Below are positions 1-11,929 of a stretch of DNA of 64,000 nt, piece after piece (position 1 is the first letter of the stretch; each line of letters begins with the position of its first letter). The notes below the pieces were generated by a model that was not told the DNA's origin, searched no databases, and saw only the letters and a program-made list of their open reading frames with translations. A program made the position numbers and the translations under genes. Source of the DNA: Lama glama. Lineage: Eukaryota. The stretch covers positions 16,928,001 through 16,992,000 of the forward strand of contig CM052832.1 in NCBI GenBank assembly GCA_028534125.1. Reading direction: 5' to 3'.

Positions 1-1110
1 CTTCCTAGAAGCCACTGTTCAGAGGCATTGTGGATAGAAATCCTAATCAGAACCATATTGATTCTAATTACCTGTCTTGAACTTGGGTTTTGTCCTAGAC
101 ATTGCGTCACATGTCTCTGTCCTGTAACAGCTGTGTTTAGCTTTTAATTAACTCCTAACCTGGGCTAAAGTAGCTACTTAAAATTTAATGGCATTTTCCC
201 AGCTTCTGGTTTTATCTGTTCATTCTTTTTGGTTCCATGATTATTAATTTCAGGCTTTCCTTGGGGATCTTGGGTGGTGGTGTGATTTAGGTCTGGGATA
301 GGGGTCAGATTTACATCTTTGCTTTTGAAACCATAAACCAGTCTTACCCTTAACTTTGAAAGAGTGAAAACTTGTGCAGTGTTTGTAATGAGTGACATTC
401 TATTCAGGGCTTAGGAGGACCTACTTGATTTTCTTTGCATCCATTTGTCTCTTTCTGGGAACTATGCCGTAACTCACATTGGGGAGGGGTTCTGTTTTCG
501 AGTTTTGTTTCCTTCTCTTTCTCCTACATCTTTAGCCAATTGACTCGGGTGCAAGCAGGACATATCCTGCCACTTGTGGGGATTGACTATGGACTAAGAT
601 AGAAAGGAATTGACTCTTAGAAGACACTTAGCCCAAGCACTCACGATTGGCCCAACTCTTATCGAGCTATAGTTTTTTTTTTTCTTTAAGGCAGATTCAT
701 CAGCAGCTAAGGAGAAACAGGACCTAATAAGCAAAAATGCCTTGGAGAGTTGAGCATCTGTTTTGGGAATGTGGATCTTAGCCCTGATACAGCCTAGTGA
801 AGTTGGGCTCCTAGGAAGGCTGTAGCTAGGTGTGAGAGAAGAGGCTGCCTCAGTCCTCCCACCTAGTTGTCTTCCCCTTCCGTCGTGTTTAACACCAGCC
901 TTCCCTTGCCAGGGCTGTTTTCTTAGGAGTGACAGTGGTTTGTGGATTTTTCCTAGAAAATGGTGTGTGTAGTGGAATATAGGTTGAATAATCAGTCACT
1001 AGTAATCTGACAGATGTAGAGATGCGCTTTATTAGAGGGCAGCTGGAACTGTCCTTGCCACCCATTAATCTGTGGGTTTGTTTTGTCCTTTCATCTTAGA
1101 AGCCTTGATC

Positions 1111-4100
1111 ATGGGTTCGGGTCCCATAGACCCCAAAGAGCTTCTCAAGGGCCTGGATAGCTTCCTTAACCGAGATGGGGAAGTCAAGAGTGTGGATGGG
1201 ATTTCGAAGATCTTCAGGTGAGTGTGCCCTTTGAATTCACTGTGAGTAGAGGATCTTGTATGTTGTAATATGACTGTAATTAAGGCAGACAGCAGTGAGC
1301 TCAGTTCCTTGGGAGGAAAGGGAGTGTCAGTGGAATAGGATTCAAATCAATTATTTTATTTTATATTTAATTTTATTTTTTTAATTGAAGTATAGTCAGT
1401 TTACAATGTTGTGTCAACTTCTTATGTACAGCATAATGTTTTAGTCATACATATACATATATATATACATATTCACGTTCTTTTTCATTATAGGTTATAA
1501 GATATTGAATATAGTTCCCTGTACTATACAGTAGAAGCTTGTTTATTTATATATAGTAATGTGTAACTGCAGATCTTGAACTCCCAATTTATCCCTTCCC
1601 ACCCCTCTTTCCCCCCCCGTGACTGATAAGAAAAAACAGAAAAAACTCAATTATTTTAAAACTAGTTGATCCCTCCGCCCCTGGCCATAATGGGATCTGG
1701 ATATTTGGAGATCAATGGTTCCCAGGGAAGAAAGGAAGCAGGGGAGCCAGGTGACAAAAGTTTTGGGTCACTACATGCCCCCAGATGTCAGTTTCCTTCA
1801 GGGCTCCTCAAGTTCAGGAGAGGCACATGACTAAGGCAGGCCTGATCAGAATACAGAGAGGCAGTGATTGAAGGGTAGGGCTTGTTTCCTGGGTGTCAGG
1901 GAAGCAGTGATGCTCATCTCCCCAGATAGCAGACTTCAGTCCATCTCCTTGGTTGTCTTCCATCCTTCTGTGGGTTTCTGTGTCACTCCCGATCCAACCC
2001 ATCCTCCTGGGACCTGTGTGACCCTCCTACTCTGTAGTGAAGGCCCAAATCGTCAGGGACCTTCAGGCACTCCCACAGATTAGAGGCTCTTCTGCTCAGA
2101 GAAGAGATGCTCTCCGGCTGCTTCATTTCTGACCTTACTTCATCTCTTATAGTCTGATGAAGGAAGCACGAAAGATGGTGAGTCGATGCACTTACTTGAA
2201 CATTCTCCTGCAGACCCGTTCACCAGAAATACTGGTCAAGTAAGTGGGGCCCTGGGTGGCTGGGATGGGAGGATGTACTTGGAAGGTGGGGGAGGTGAGG
2301 CACTGGGTTCCTGGGTCATCGTGGGGGGACTTGGAGTGTGGGGGTGTACTCCTAAGACCCCAGAAGGGCATTACAGATCCTCCTCCCTGCCTGCCTGCAG
2401 GTTTATTGATGTTGGTGGTTACAAGCTGCTTAACAATTGGCTGACGTATTCAAAGACAACCAACAACATTCCCCTCTTGCAGCAAATTCTGCTGACCCTG
2501 CAGCACCTGCCACTCACTGTTGACCATCTCAAGCAGGTACCTTCAGCCTTTGCAGTCCTGGTTCTTCCTTTTTGGTTTAACCTAAAAGATGAAAATCTCA
2601 TACCAACTCTCATGTGGCTACAATCTTGGGCCTGTGAGGTGGAATGGTAGAAAAAAGGAGGAATTTGAAATCAGAAGATTGGGTTTGAATTTATCTCCTT
2701 TAATAGGTATGGGATGTGGGGCAGTTCACATATCTGAGCTTCAATGTTTTCATCTGAAAAATGGGAGTACCCTACCTAACTGGGTTGTTTTAAGGAGTAA
2801 GAATGTGTCCCCAGAGGCTTTGTAAGAGGTAAAGACTGTCAGTGTTACGGGACTGTGAAGAGACTGTGAATGAGCCTGGGAGGGTTGTTAGCTCTGCGAG
2901 GGCTGGCTCTCCCCTGGCACTGACCTTCCTCCCTCTCCCCGTGTCTTGTAGAACAACACAGCCAAACTGGTGAAGCAGCTGAGCAAGTCGAGTGAGGATG
3001 AAGGTAGGGCCAGTCCTTTCCTCTCTGTCCTGCGCCTTCTTCAGTCACTTCCAGTCAGTTACCTTTGTTTCTCTCCCCATCCTGGGATTATTCCTTCACT
3101 CCTGCCTTCCTCTTTCTACCTGACCTTGCCTTTCTCTTTCTTTTAAAAATTTAGTTCCTCTAACCTATCCCCTTTGCTGTTCTCAATTCTGAATGGGACT
3201 TGTCCATGTCTCTACTGTTGAATGTAAGAGAAAGGACCATACTTTAACTGGAGGCTGATTCTTCAGACCTCTTGGTGTAAAAGGCGTACACTTAAAATTC
3301 TCTGGGGGAAACCGAGTCATCTAGGATGTCTTGTCATCGTTTACTTCTGTTCTGGGAACCCCAATACCTATTTTCCTAACAACAGGTATGCTAGTTCTAC
3401 CAGGCAACACCCTGGTGGAGGGCGTGGGCAGAACCCTGACCCCTGGAGGACGCCGTAGCTTCAATAGCAACAGATTGTTTTCTTTTCTAAGACAGAGTTT
3501 TGGAGCTGCTGGCAAGGGCTATACAGTTCTGGCTTGAAGACAAAGCCTGGCTCCAGGAAGTCACAGGCTTTTCTTTAGAGAAGGAAAGGGTTTATACCCA
3601 AGAATTAACCCAAAGATTTTATACCCAAGGCATAAACCAGGAGCACAAGACACTAGTTTCCCACAAGTGAGCAGTACTGTAGCTGAGCTGAACCCCTAAT
3701 CAGAATACAGGCTTGCTCTCTGTCAGAAGGGAGTGGGGTGCGGGGTCCCTTCGGAACGAAGCTTTGGCCGTTTGGTGTGGAGGGAGCATCCAGGCCTGGG
3801 CAAGCCTATCTGCAGTTCCTTTAGCTGGAGGAGAAAACACTGGGAATATTTTCCAAAATAAAGGATCCTGATTTTGCTGTAACTCAGTACTGGTTAAGTG
3901 AAGAACATTCCCTAGCTTCCCATTCTTTTAGTTGTATTACTTCTCAGCTTTTAGGTCCTTTTATATAATGAAGCACTTAACTATTTTTGTGACACCTCAG
4001 AGCATCTTTAATAATAATTTGTAGGATAACCTATAACCTTATAACCTGGAAAAATCTTTTTTAAAGAGGATCTAAATCTGCCTCTTTGAAATTTTGCGTC

Positions 4101-7100
4101 ATTTGCCTTTAGGACAACATAGAATAATAGAGTTTCTTTTTAAATCTAGTAGTCCTTCAGATGCTTGAACCCCGTCTGCCTTTCTCTGATTTTAGTTTCT
4201 ATTCTTTCAGTAAGCAGTTAGGGGAAGGGCGTAGGCACTAGGTTCATTCTGCCACCTTCTAGTTTTGTGACTCTCATCTCCATGCTTCTGTGTCTGTAAA
4301 GGGAGATTAAATATCTTCAGCTTGTAGTAAGAATTACACGAGAGATATGTAAAGTAGCTAATGTAGTTTTTACAACATATTTTAATAAATGTTCGTTCTT
4401 TTTGCTAGTGTTGTGATGGCATCAGGGTTGAAAGTTGTCTGAGTAGAGGACAGTTCTGTGATTCAGTGTTTTATTTTTAAGAGTTTGGACTTTGAGCTTA
4501 TCTCATGTTCTTAAAAGTCTGGGTTCCTTTTTCCATTACACAGATTTTCACGGTGTATTTTCCAACATGTCTATTTTCGATGACTCTTGGAAGAATAATA
4601 TCTTAAATTATTTAGGCCTTTCCCCTTTTTCTCACCTACAGAGCTCCGGAAATTGGCCTCAGTCCTTGTCAGCGACTGGATGGCTGTCATCCGCTCCCAG
4701 AGTAGCACCCAGCCTGCGGGTAAGCAACTTGGTCCTTTAGCCCTCCTTTTTCTTTCTTCCCCACTGGGATGTGGCCTTGCATGCCTCCAGCCTACTTTAC
4801 CTCTGACAGTCTTTCTCTTTATCTGAATAAAATCCTTTTCTGCTCTGTTTCTCCACAACAGAGAAAGATAAGAAGAAACGGAAAGAAGAGGGGAAGAATC
4901 GAACGACCCCTCCTGAGCGACCGCTGACTGAGGTGAAGGCTGAGACCCGGGCTGAGGAGGCCCCGGAGAAGAAGCGAGAGAAGCCCAAGTCTCTCCGAAC
5001 CACGGCGCCCAGTCACGCCAAGTTCCGTTCCACCGGTAAGGCTGGGTCTGGCCGCCGAGGGTCTGTGGGTCGGTGCTCGCCCTGGCCTTGGTGTGGAATA
5101 GTTGGACTTACTGGTACCGTAAATCTGGAGAAGTGGGAAGACTAGTGGGTGAATTGTCGAGGTTTTTAAGGCTAGATGAAGATCACGGGAGGAAAAGTCC
5201 AAAGAGTGCAGAGTGAGTCCGGCCCCAACACCATGTCTTTCTCCCAGGCCTGGAGCTGGAGACCCCGTCTCTGGTGCCCGTGAAGAAGAACGCCAGTGCG
5301 GTGGTGGTTTCTGACAAATACAACCTCAAGCCCATCCCCCTCAAGCGTCAGAGGTATGGTCGCCATTCTGGGCTTCTGAGGGGGCCACGTCTGCGGATGT
5401 GAGGGGAGGGGGGCGAGTCAGATGTCGCTGACAGTTCCCTGTCCTGTAGTTCCGCCGCCACCCCAGGAGATGCAGCCCCCCCTGCAGAGAAGAAATACAA
5501 GCCACTCAACACGACACCCAATGCCACCAAAGAGATTAAAGTGAAAATCATCCCACCACAGCGTGAGTCTCCAGTGGGGGGAGCAGACTCTTTTCATGGG
5601 AATGAAATGTTCTCCATTTTCATGTGATTTTTTTGGTGTCCTTCAGTGTTTGTACCTCCGGACCTCCCTTCATAGGAGTCCATAGGATTACTAGGAGTAA
5701 CTTTAGAGATGAAGTAGGGAGGTCTGCTCTCTGGTGACCGACTGGGGCACTCCCAGCTGGCAGGCTCAGCTGCCGTGTTCAGGGAGGCTGGCTTTGTCAG
5801 TGACCTGAAGCTCCAATTCACATCCAAAGCCATGGCTTGCCTGCCTTTAAAAGAGAGCTCGAGTAACGACTCGAATAGCTTGTGTGAATCCTCCCACACA
5901 TGCTTCCTGGTCCCCTGAGCTTACTGTGCCCAGAATTGAGGCAGGGTCTCTGCTAGCCCATTTTCTGCCCAGACTTTGTCTAGAGGAATAGGATGAGGGA
6001 GGAGGTCTGATGATTTCACTTTATGCTTTTCCCTTTTGTAGCCATGGAGGGCCTGGGCTTTCTGGATGCGCTCAATTCAGCCCCTGTTCCAGGCATCAAA
6101 ATTAAGAAGAAGAAGAAGGTGCTGTCACCCACGGCTGCCAAGGTATGGGTGCTGGGAGGGCAGGTGCCAGTGACCAGGTAGGAAAGGTACAGATGAAGGA
6201 GGGGCCCAGCCGCCAGGAGCACTTGGCGGGGACGGGAGTTGTGTCTCAGATGTAGACGGGTGGTGGTGGAGCCTAGTTAGAGACAGAGTCTTTGTGGGAA
6301 CTGTTGGCAGAGCCTGCCTATGACCCTGGACTAGTTGCCTTGCCTCGACCCTGGCTTTCCTGTCTGCTCATTAACTTCTTTTTCTTTCATGATAGCCGAG
6401 CCCTTTTGAAGGGAAAACGAGCACAGAACCCAGCACAGCCAAACCTTCTTCCCCAGAGCCAGCGCCTCCTTGTGAGGCTATGGACACGGAACGTCCAGGG
6501 ACCCCGGTCCCCCCTGTTGAGGTCCCAGAGCTCATGGATATGGGTGAGCCTAGAAACTGGTTCAGGTTTGGGGGTTTTCTGAAAGGAAGAATCTGGGCTG
6601 AAACCTCTCTTGCTCACAGCCTCTTTGGAGCCAGGACCTCTGGATGCAAAGCCAGTGGAGAGTCCTGGAGATCCCAGCCAGCTGACCCGGAAAGGCAGGA
6701 AGAGGAAAACTGTGACGTGGCCTGAGGAGGGCAGACTGAGAGAGTATTTCTATTTTGAACTGGACGAAACTGAGCGAGGTTAGAGTTCGAGTTTCCTGTG
6801 TAATAGGTGGGGTATGGAGAGTTGAAAGGGGCGTGGGTGGTCTTACTTTCCCTCTTGCCTTTTCTCCTTGCCCAGTGAATGTGAACAAGATCAAGGACTT
6901 CGGGGAGGCGGCTAAGCGAGAGATACTGTCAGACCGGCATGCGTTTGAGACGGCCCGGCGTCTAAGCCATGACAACATGGAGGAGAAGGTGCCCTGGGTG
7001 TGCCCCCGGCCCCTGGTTCTGCCCTCGCCGCTCGTCACCCCTGGAAGCAACAGCCAGGAGCGGTACATCCAGGCTGAGCGGGAGAAGGGGATCCTTCAGG

Positions 7101-9449
7101 AGCTCTTCCTGAACAAGGAAAGGTAAGCAAAAATGGGGTTCACTCCTGGGGGCATTGAGCCCGTGAGGGGAATGTGCCCTGGAGTAATTAGGAAGTGGGG
7201 GAGATTAGGTTGTAAGTTGAGGGCTTGAATAAATCACCTGTCATTCTTTTTTCTTTTGCCTGCGGCTGTCCTAACAGTCCTCATGAGCCTGATCCTGAGC
7301 CCTACGAGCCTGTCCCCCCAAAACTCATTCCCCTGGATGAGGTGAGTGAGCACTACGTGGTGATTTTAATGCCTCTGATGTGAGACTCTCTTTATTCTTT
7401 CAGTTGGTCCTGATTATTCTCCTGTTCTTTCAGGAGTGTTCCATGGATGAGACCCCCTATGTTGAGACCTTGGAGCCTGGGGGCGCTGGTGGCTCACCTG
7501 ATGGGGCAGGTGGTTCCAAGTTGCCTCCTGTTCTGGCCAATCTTATGGGAAGCATGGGTGCTGGGAAGAGTCCCCAGGGTCCTGGAGGAGGAGGCATCAA
7601 CGTCCAGGAGATCCTCACCTCCATCATGGTACCAGCCACCTTCCTCTTTTCCGCCATCTCCATTTTTTTTTCACCTCCATCCTCCTCTCCTTCTCACTTC
7701 TTCCTCTTTGGGCTCCCCGTTCTCTGCTAGTTGTTACCCTTGTTCTCTGTTTACCTTACTCTCTAATGACCTTGCCTTACAGGGTAGCCCTAACAGTCAT
7801 CCCTCAGAGGAACTGCTGAAGCAGCCGGACTACTCAGACAAGATCAAGCAGATGCTGGGTAATCACCAGGGCCAGCCCCGGGGCCTGGGAGAGGAAGCCT
7901 GCAGTGGAATTGGGGGAAGCAGGGGTATTGGCGCTAGGCGGCAAGCCGTGGGAGGGGAAGATGGACAGAGAGCCCAGCTCTGCCAGGTTGGTCTGAGGGG
8001 GTCCGCTGGGCACACCTGAGCAGGGAGGCGTCATGCTGCCTTTCTCGAATCCTCTTGCTGACCACTTCACTCCTTTTTTTGTTAACAGTGCCACATGGAC
8101 TCTTAGGCCCTGGTCCGATAGCCAATGGTTTCCCACCAGGAGGCCCGGGGGGCCCCAAAGGCATGCAGCACTTCCCCCCTGGACCCGGGGGACCTATGCC
8201 AGGTAGGTGGTGACTGAGAGGTTGCAGTGGGCTTATCTGCTTAATTTCGACCTGGTAATAAATAGTACAGGATCGACCAAAAGCTGGGAGATGGCTTAGG
8301 GTGGGAGGTGGCAGTCCCCAGCTGGAACAGGTGGCTGATACTCTCTCCTTTTTTTTCCCCAATAGGTCCCCACGGAGGCCCTGGGGGCCCTGGTGGGCCA
8401 GTGGGTCCACGTCTCCTGGGTCCCCCACCCCCTCCCCGGGGGGGCGATCCCTTCTGGGATGGCCCAGGTGACCCCATGCGGGGTGGCCCGATGCGGGGGG
8501 GTCCAGGACCTGGTCCTGGACCATACCATAGAGGCCGTGGTGGCCGAGGAGGAAATGAACCTCCTCCTCCCCCTCCTCCATTCCGAGGGGCCAGAGGAGG
8601 TCGCTCCGGAGGAGGACCCCCAAATGGACGAGGGGGCCCTGGTGGAGGCATGGTTGGAGGCGGAGGGCATCGTCCCCATGAAGGCCCTGGTGGGGGCATG
8701 AACAGTGGCAGTGGACATCGTCCCCATGAGGGCCCTGGCAGTGGCATGGGCGGTGGGCATCGCCCCCATGAAGGCCCTGGTGGTAGTATGGGTGGGGGTG
8801 GGGGACATCGCCCCCACGAAGGCCCTGGCGGTGGCATGGGCGGTGGCAGTGGCCATCGCCCCCATGAAGGCCCTGGCGGTGGCATGGGTGGAAGTGGTGG
8901 ACATCGGCCCCATGAAGGCCCTGGACATGGAGGGCCCCATGGCCATCGGCCTCACGATGTCCCTGGTCACCGAGGCCACGACCACCGAGGGCCACCCCCT
9001 CATGAGCACCGTGGCCATGATGGCCCTGGCCATGGAGGAGGGGGCCACCGAGGGCATGATGGAGGCCACAGCCACGGAGGAGGTGAGTATGCTCCCTGTC
9101 CCCTATACTGCTTTTGGTGTCCCACACAAGCTTCTGGGGAGCATCACTACCCTGGGTGTGCCAGGCAGAACATAAGGTCACCTTGGTCCCAGTTCCCAGC
9201 ATGCATGGCAGTTCCTTCCTTTTGCCCTCCCCTCAAGTCCCCAAGACTAGGTCTCAAGATGCCTTGGACTGGTGGGGTGAGGGTGACATTGACCTCTTAG
9301 CCCTTTCCTATCTTAACTATTCCACCCTTGTTCCCACAGACATGTCAAACCGACCCGTTTGTCGACATTTCATGATGAAAGGCAACTGCCGCTATGAAAA
9401 CAACTGTGCCTTCTACCACCCGGGTGTCAATGGGCCCCCCCTGCCCTAG
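1111..9449 (+). CDS. PPP1R10: Serine/threonine-protein phosphatase 1 regulatory subunit 10 (PNUTS), 18 coding exons, 927 aa
   Basis: Exons spliced by hand, all GT-AG: 1111-1217, 2153-2239, 2401-2536, 2952-3003, 4642-4719, 4862-5035, 5248-5353, 5450-5562, 6042-6142, 6396-6543, 6620-6778, 6876-7122, 7278-7341, 7434-7628, 7783-7858, 8089-8202, 8366-9082, 9340-9449. Total 2784 nt, frame intact. Starts [18 protein letters not shown], has a TFIIS-N-like domain, the PP1-binding RVxF-type motif KTVTW (6706-6720), RGG and GHRPHEGP repeats, and a C-terminal CCCH finger ([20 protein letters not shown]). Non-coding 5' exons were not identified and probably lie upstream of the window. Confidence 0.98.
1359..1646 (-). 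mobile_element. 5'-truncated L1 (3' UTR) with 12-bp TSD
   Basis: Artiodactyl-type L1 3' end (ttaattgaagtatagtcagtttacaatgttgtg...), with TSD TCAATTATTTTA at 1347-1358 and 1647-1658. Confidence 0.85.
2640..2830 (+). mobile_element. MIR SINE
   Basis: Core tctgagcttcaatgttttcatctgaaaaatggg...cctacct. Confidence 0.6.
8660..8965 (+). repeat. Coding tandem repeat (42-48 bp units) encoding six GHRPHEGP copies plus one GHRPHDVP in PPP1R10
   Basis: Seen directly in the translation of exon 8366-9082. Confidence 0.95.
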
Positions 9450-10543
9450 AGACTGCCCAGCTGCCCACCCACACCCCCTGTGGACTGCAGCCTTGCTCCT
9501 TCCACCCTTTTATGGCTTCTGTGAGGCCCATTTCCCCCTTTCCCCAGCTGTGGAGGAGCCGGCCCCCTCAGTGCCCACCTGCCTGGGTTCCTGGGGGTTT
9601 TCTGATCACTGGTGCGCATCGCTGTACATACTCTCCTCCAGTCTGGGGAGGAGAGACTGGACACATCCTGTACCCTGGACTGCTGAAGAGGAGACCCAGT
9701 TGGCTTCACTTTTTGAGGAGATTTGCCCTGTACCCCAAGCCCCTTTCCAGTCTTCCCCTTCGTGCCTGAGAACCTAAAGCTGGTTATCGGGGAGAACACC
9801 TCTGCTCTACTAGTGTGGGTCCTCCACGTGCACAGAGAACTCCAACACGGCATCAGCTGCACTTATGAAATCACCCCAGCCGCCAAGTTCATTATTCCTC
9901 TTGGGGTGGGGAGATGGTACACGGGGTATTGGATATCCCACTGCACTGAGAGGGCTCAATCAGGCTGGATTTGAGTTCTGGAACACACATCATCCCCACT
10001 CCTCCCCGACACAGGCTTTACATTCTGAGTTTTTCCTCAAGACAGACTGCAATCTGTGAACACCCGTCGTGGGTCTGCTAGGTTCAATGACGGCAAATTC
10101 ACGCCTCGTCCAGTGGAAGTTTTAGCAGGCGTAGGTGAGGCCATTGGTGGTCGTCCACCCTAGCCTACAGCTCATTATGGAAACTTTGTAAAACACTTCA
10201 GTGAGACCAGCTTTTCATCAACTGAAGCCCGGCATGCTGGGCCTGACAGTCACACTACATGCACTGCCTCCGGGAGCTAGTGCGCTCCTGGCCCCCACCT
10301 GGAACCCGTCAGTGTGAGGCCTCCAGCTCCCTCGCCCTGTCAGCCACCTCTGAATCCTCCTGGGGATTCGCTAAAATGACTTCCCCTCTCCCAGCCCTCT
10401 CCTTCACCTGTCTCGGCATCAGTTGTTTTCTATGAAAACAGTGGATTGGTTGGGTTTTGTGCAGGGTCTTGGGTTAGAGCCACAATGGATTTGAGGATGA
10501 GTATTTTCTTTTTCTTTTGGTTTTGTATATTTTGTACATTAAT

Positions 10544-10549
10544 AATAAA
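10544..10549 (+). terminator. Polyadenylation signal of PPP1R10
   Basis: AATAAA about 1.1 kb after the stop, preceded by a U-rich tract with two TGTA elements and followed by GT/T-rich sequence (ggtgtgtttggactttttg). Confidence 0.8.
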
Positions 10550-11279
10550 CAGTGGAAAGAGAAGCAGCTTATTTAATCCTTGGTGTGTTTGGACTTTTTG
10601 TTAAAAATCCAGCCATTATCAGCTGTCTTTGAAGGTCCATTAATACAAACCTTTAGGAATGTGGTTTCCAATCCTTTGCTGGTATGAAGTGGAATACCGG
10701 AGGAGTACTCCAATATAAGATACCATAGGGTGCAGGGTGGACCCCGGGTGGTGGGATGTTGGGGGTCGCAGAGCTCAGAGTTTGCTGGAGGTGCAGGCAC
10801 ATCCATTCTAGCCGACCCTACTGGCCTTGCAGAGCAGCTTAGGGGAGGAATTTAAGTGAGGGTGGGTAGAAGGGAGGAGCACAGGGAGTGGGTGAAGGAG
10901 AAACCCAAGAGCAGTTTCTGGGGAGGGAGGGAAGCAAGGAAGGAAGGAAGGAAAAAAAGGTGGTTCCTTTTAAAAGCAGCTCCAGTGGAGAAACAAGAAA
11001 GGGGAGAGTGTAGACTGCTGTTCCCTGAAAAAGTGGCTCTGCAGAGTAGAGCGATGGGCCTGCTGCTCGGAGATGGAGGCTCAAGATGATTTTTAGATCT
11101 TAAGGACAGGTACTGAGAGCTTATTGATGGAGGCGGTTTCCTGGGGAAGACAGGTTTTGGAGGCCAGAACATGGTTGGAGAGGATGAACAAATAGGAAGT
11201 TCTGCTATTCTTGTAATTGGAAATTACATTTTGGAGGGAAAGGGAGAATGGGGATGTTGGGGCGGGGGCTGAGAATAGC

Positions 11280-11430
11280 GTTCATCAGAATCATCTGAAG
11301 GGTTTGTTAAAGGGCAGACCGGGGGTGGGATTCAGCAAATTTCCTGATTCAGTAGGCCTGGGATGAATTCTGAGATTTTGCAGTTCTATCAGGTTCCCAG
11401 GTGGTGGTGATCTGGGAAACACTGCTCTAG
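11280..11430. mobile_element. MER5A-like hAT-Charlie MITE
   Basis: catcagaatcatctgaagggtttgttaaa...tcctgattcagtaggcctggg...ttcccaggtg...cactgctctag. Confidence 0.65.
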
Positions 11431-11457
11431 AACGCGTTTCTTGGCTGTTTCCAGGAT

Positions 11458-11476
11458 TGGCCACAAGAGGGCAGCA
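11458..11476 (+). promoter_or_regulatory. Candidate CTCF site between the convergent PPP1R10 and ABCF1 3' ends
   Basis: TGGCCACAAGAGGGCAGCA matches the CTCF core, with upstream-module-like GCTGTTTCC a few bp 5'. Confidence 0.7.
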
Positions 11477-11929
11477 ACTTCCTAAATTTCACAAGCCCCA
11501 CAAGAAGTAAAATCGTCAGGGTTAATTTTATCCTCCAACTTTGCCCCTTCTCAGAAAAGAGGGTGTTCAGTCACTTAGCCTACTCTGCTCTTTGCACTCG
11601 AAGAGAACCCAAGAAGAGGACATAATCTAAGGGCCAAGCTAAGAAGTGAAGTAGCAATGAAGTAGCCGGCTCTATTGGGAAAAAATGAAAAATTCTTTAA
11701 CTTGCGTTTCTTTCCTTCTGGTTCCATCCGTTGCCTGCTTCTCACCATCTCTCCATCTCCTACAACAGGCCACAAGAACCTGTCGAGAGAGCTTACTTTT
11801 TTTCTGCTTTAACACATGTTCAGCCATTTTTCTTTCAAATTCTCTATGAAAATCCAAAGTTACTGTTACTTACGATTTTTTTTTTCTTTTCTTTTTGGCA
11901 GGGAGAGAGACAGGTTGAGCATCTCATCC

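Noticed and set aside
7934..9202. Long antisense and alternate-frame ORFs (422, 259, 214 aa)
   Set aside because: Shadow ORFs of the GC-rich, repetitive PPP1R10 exon 8366-9082, where stop codons are compositionally rare.
9340..9449. CCCH zinc-finger exon resembling the PRR3 C-terminus
   Set aside because: It splices in frame as the last PPP1R10 exon, so it is not PRR3.
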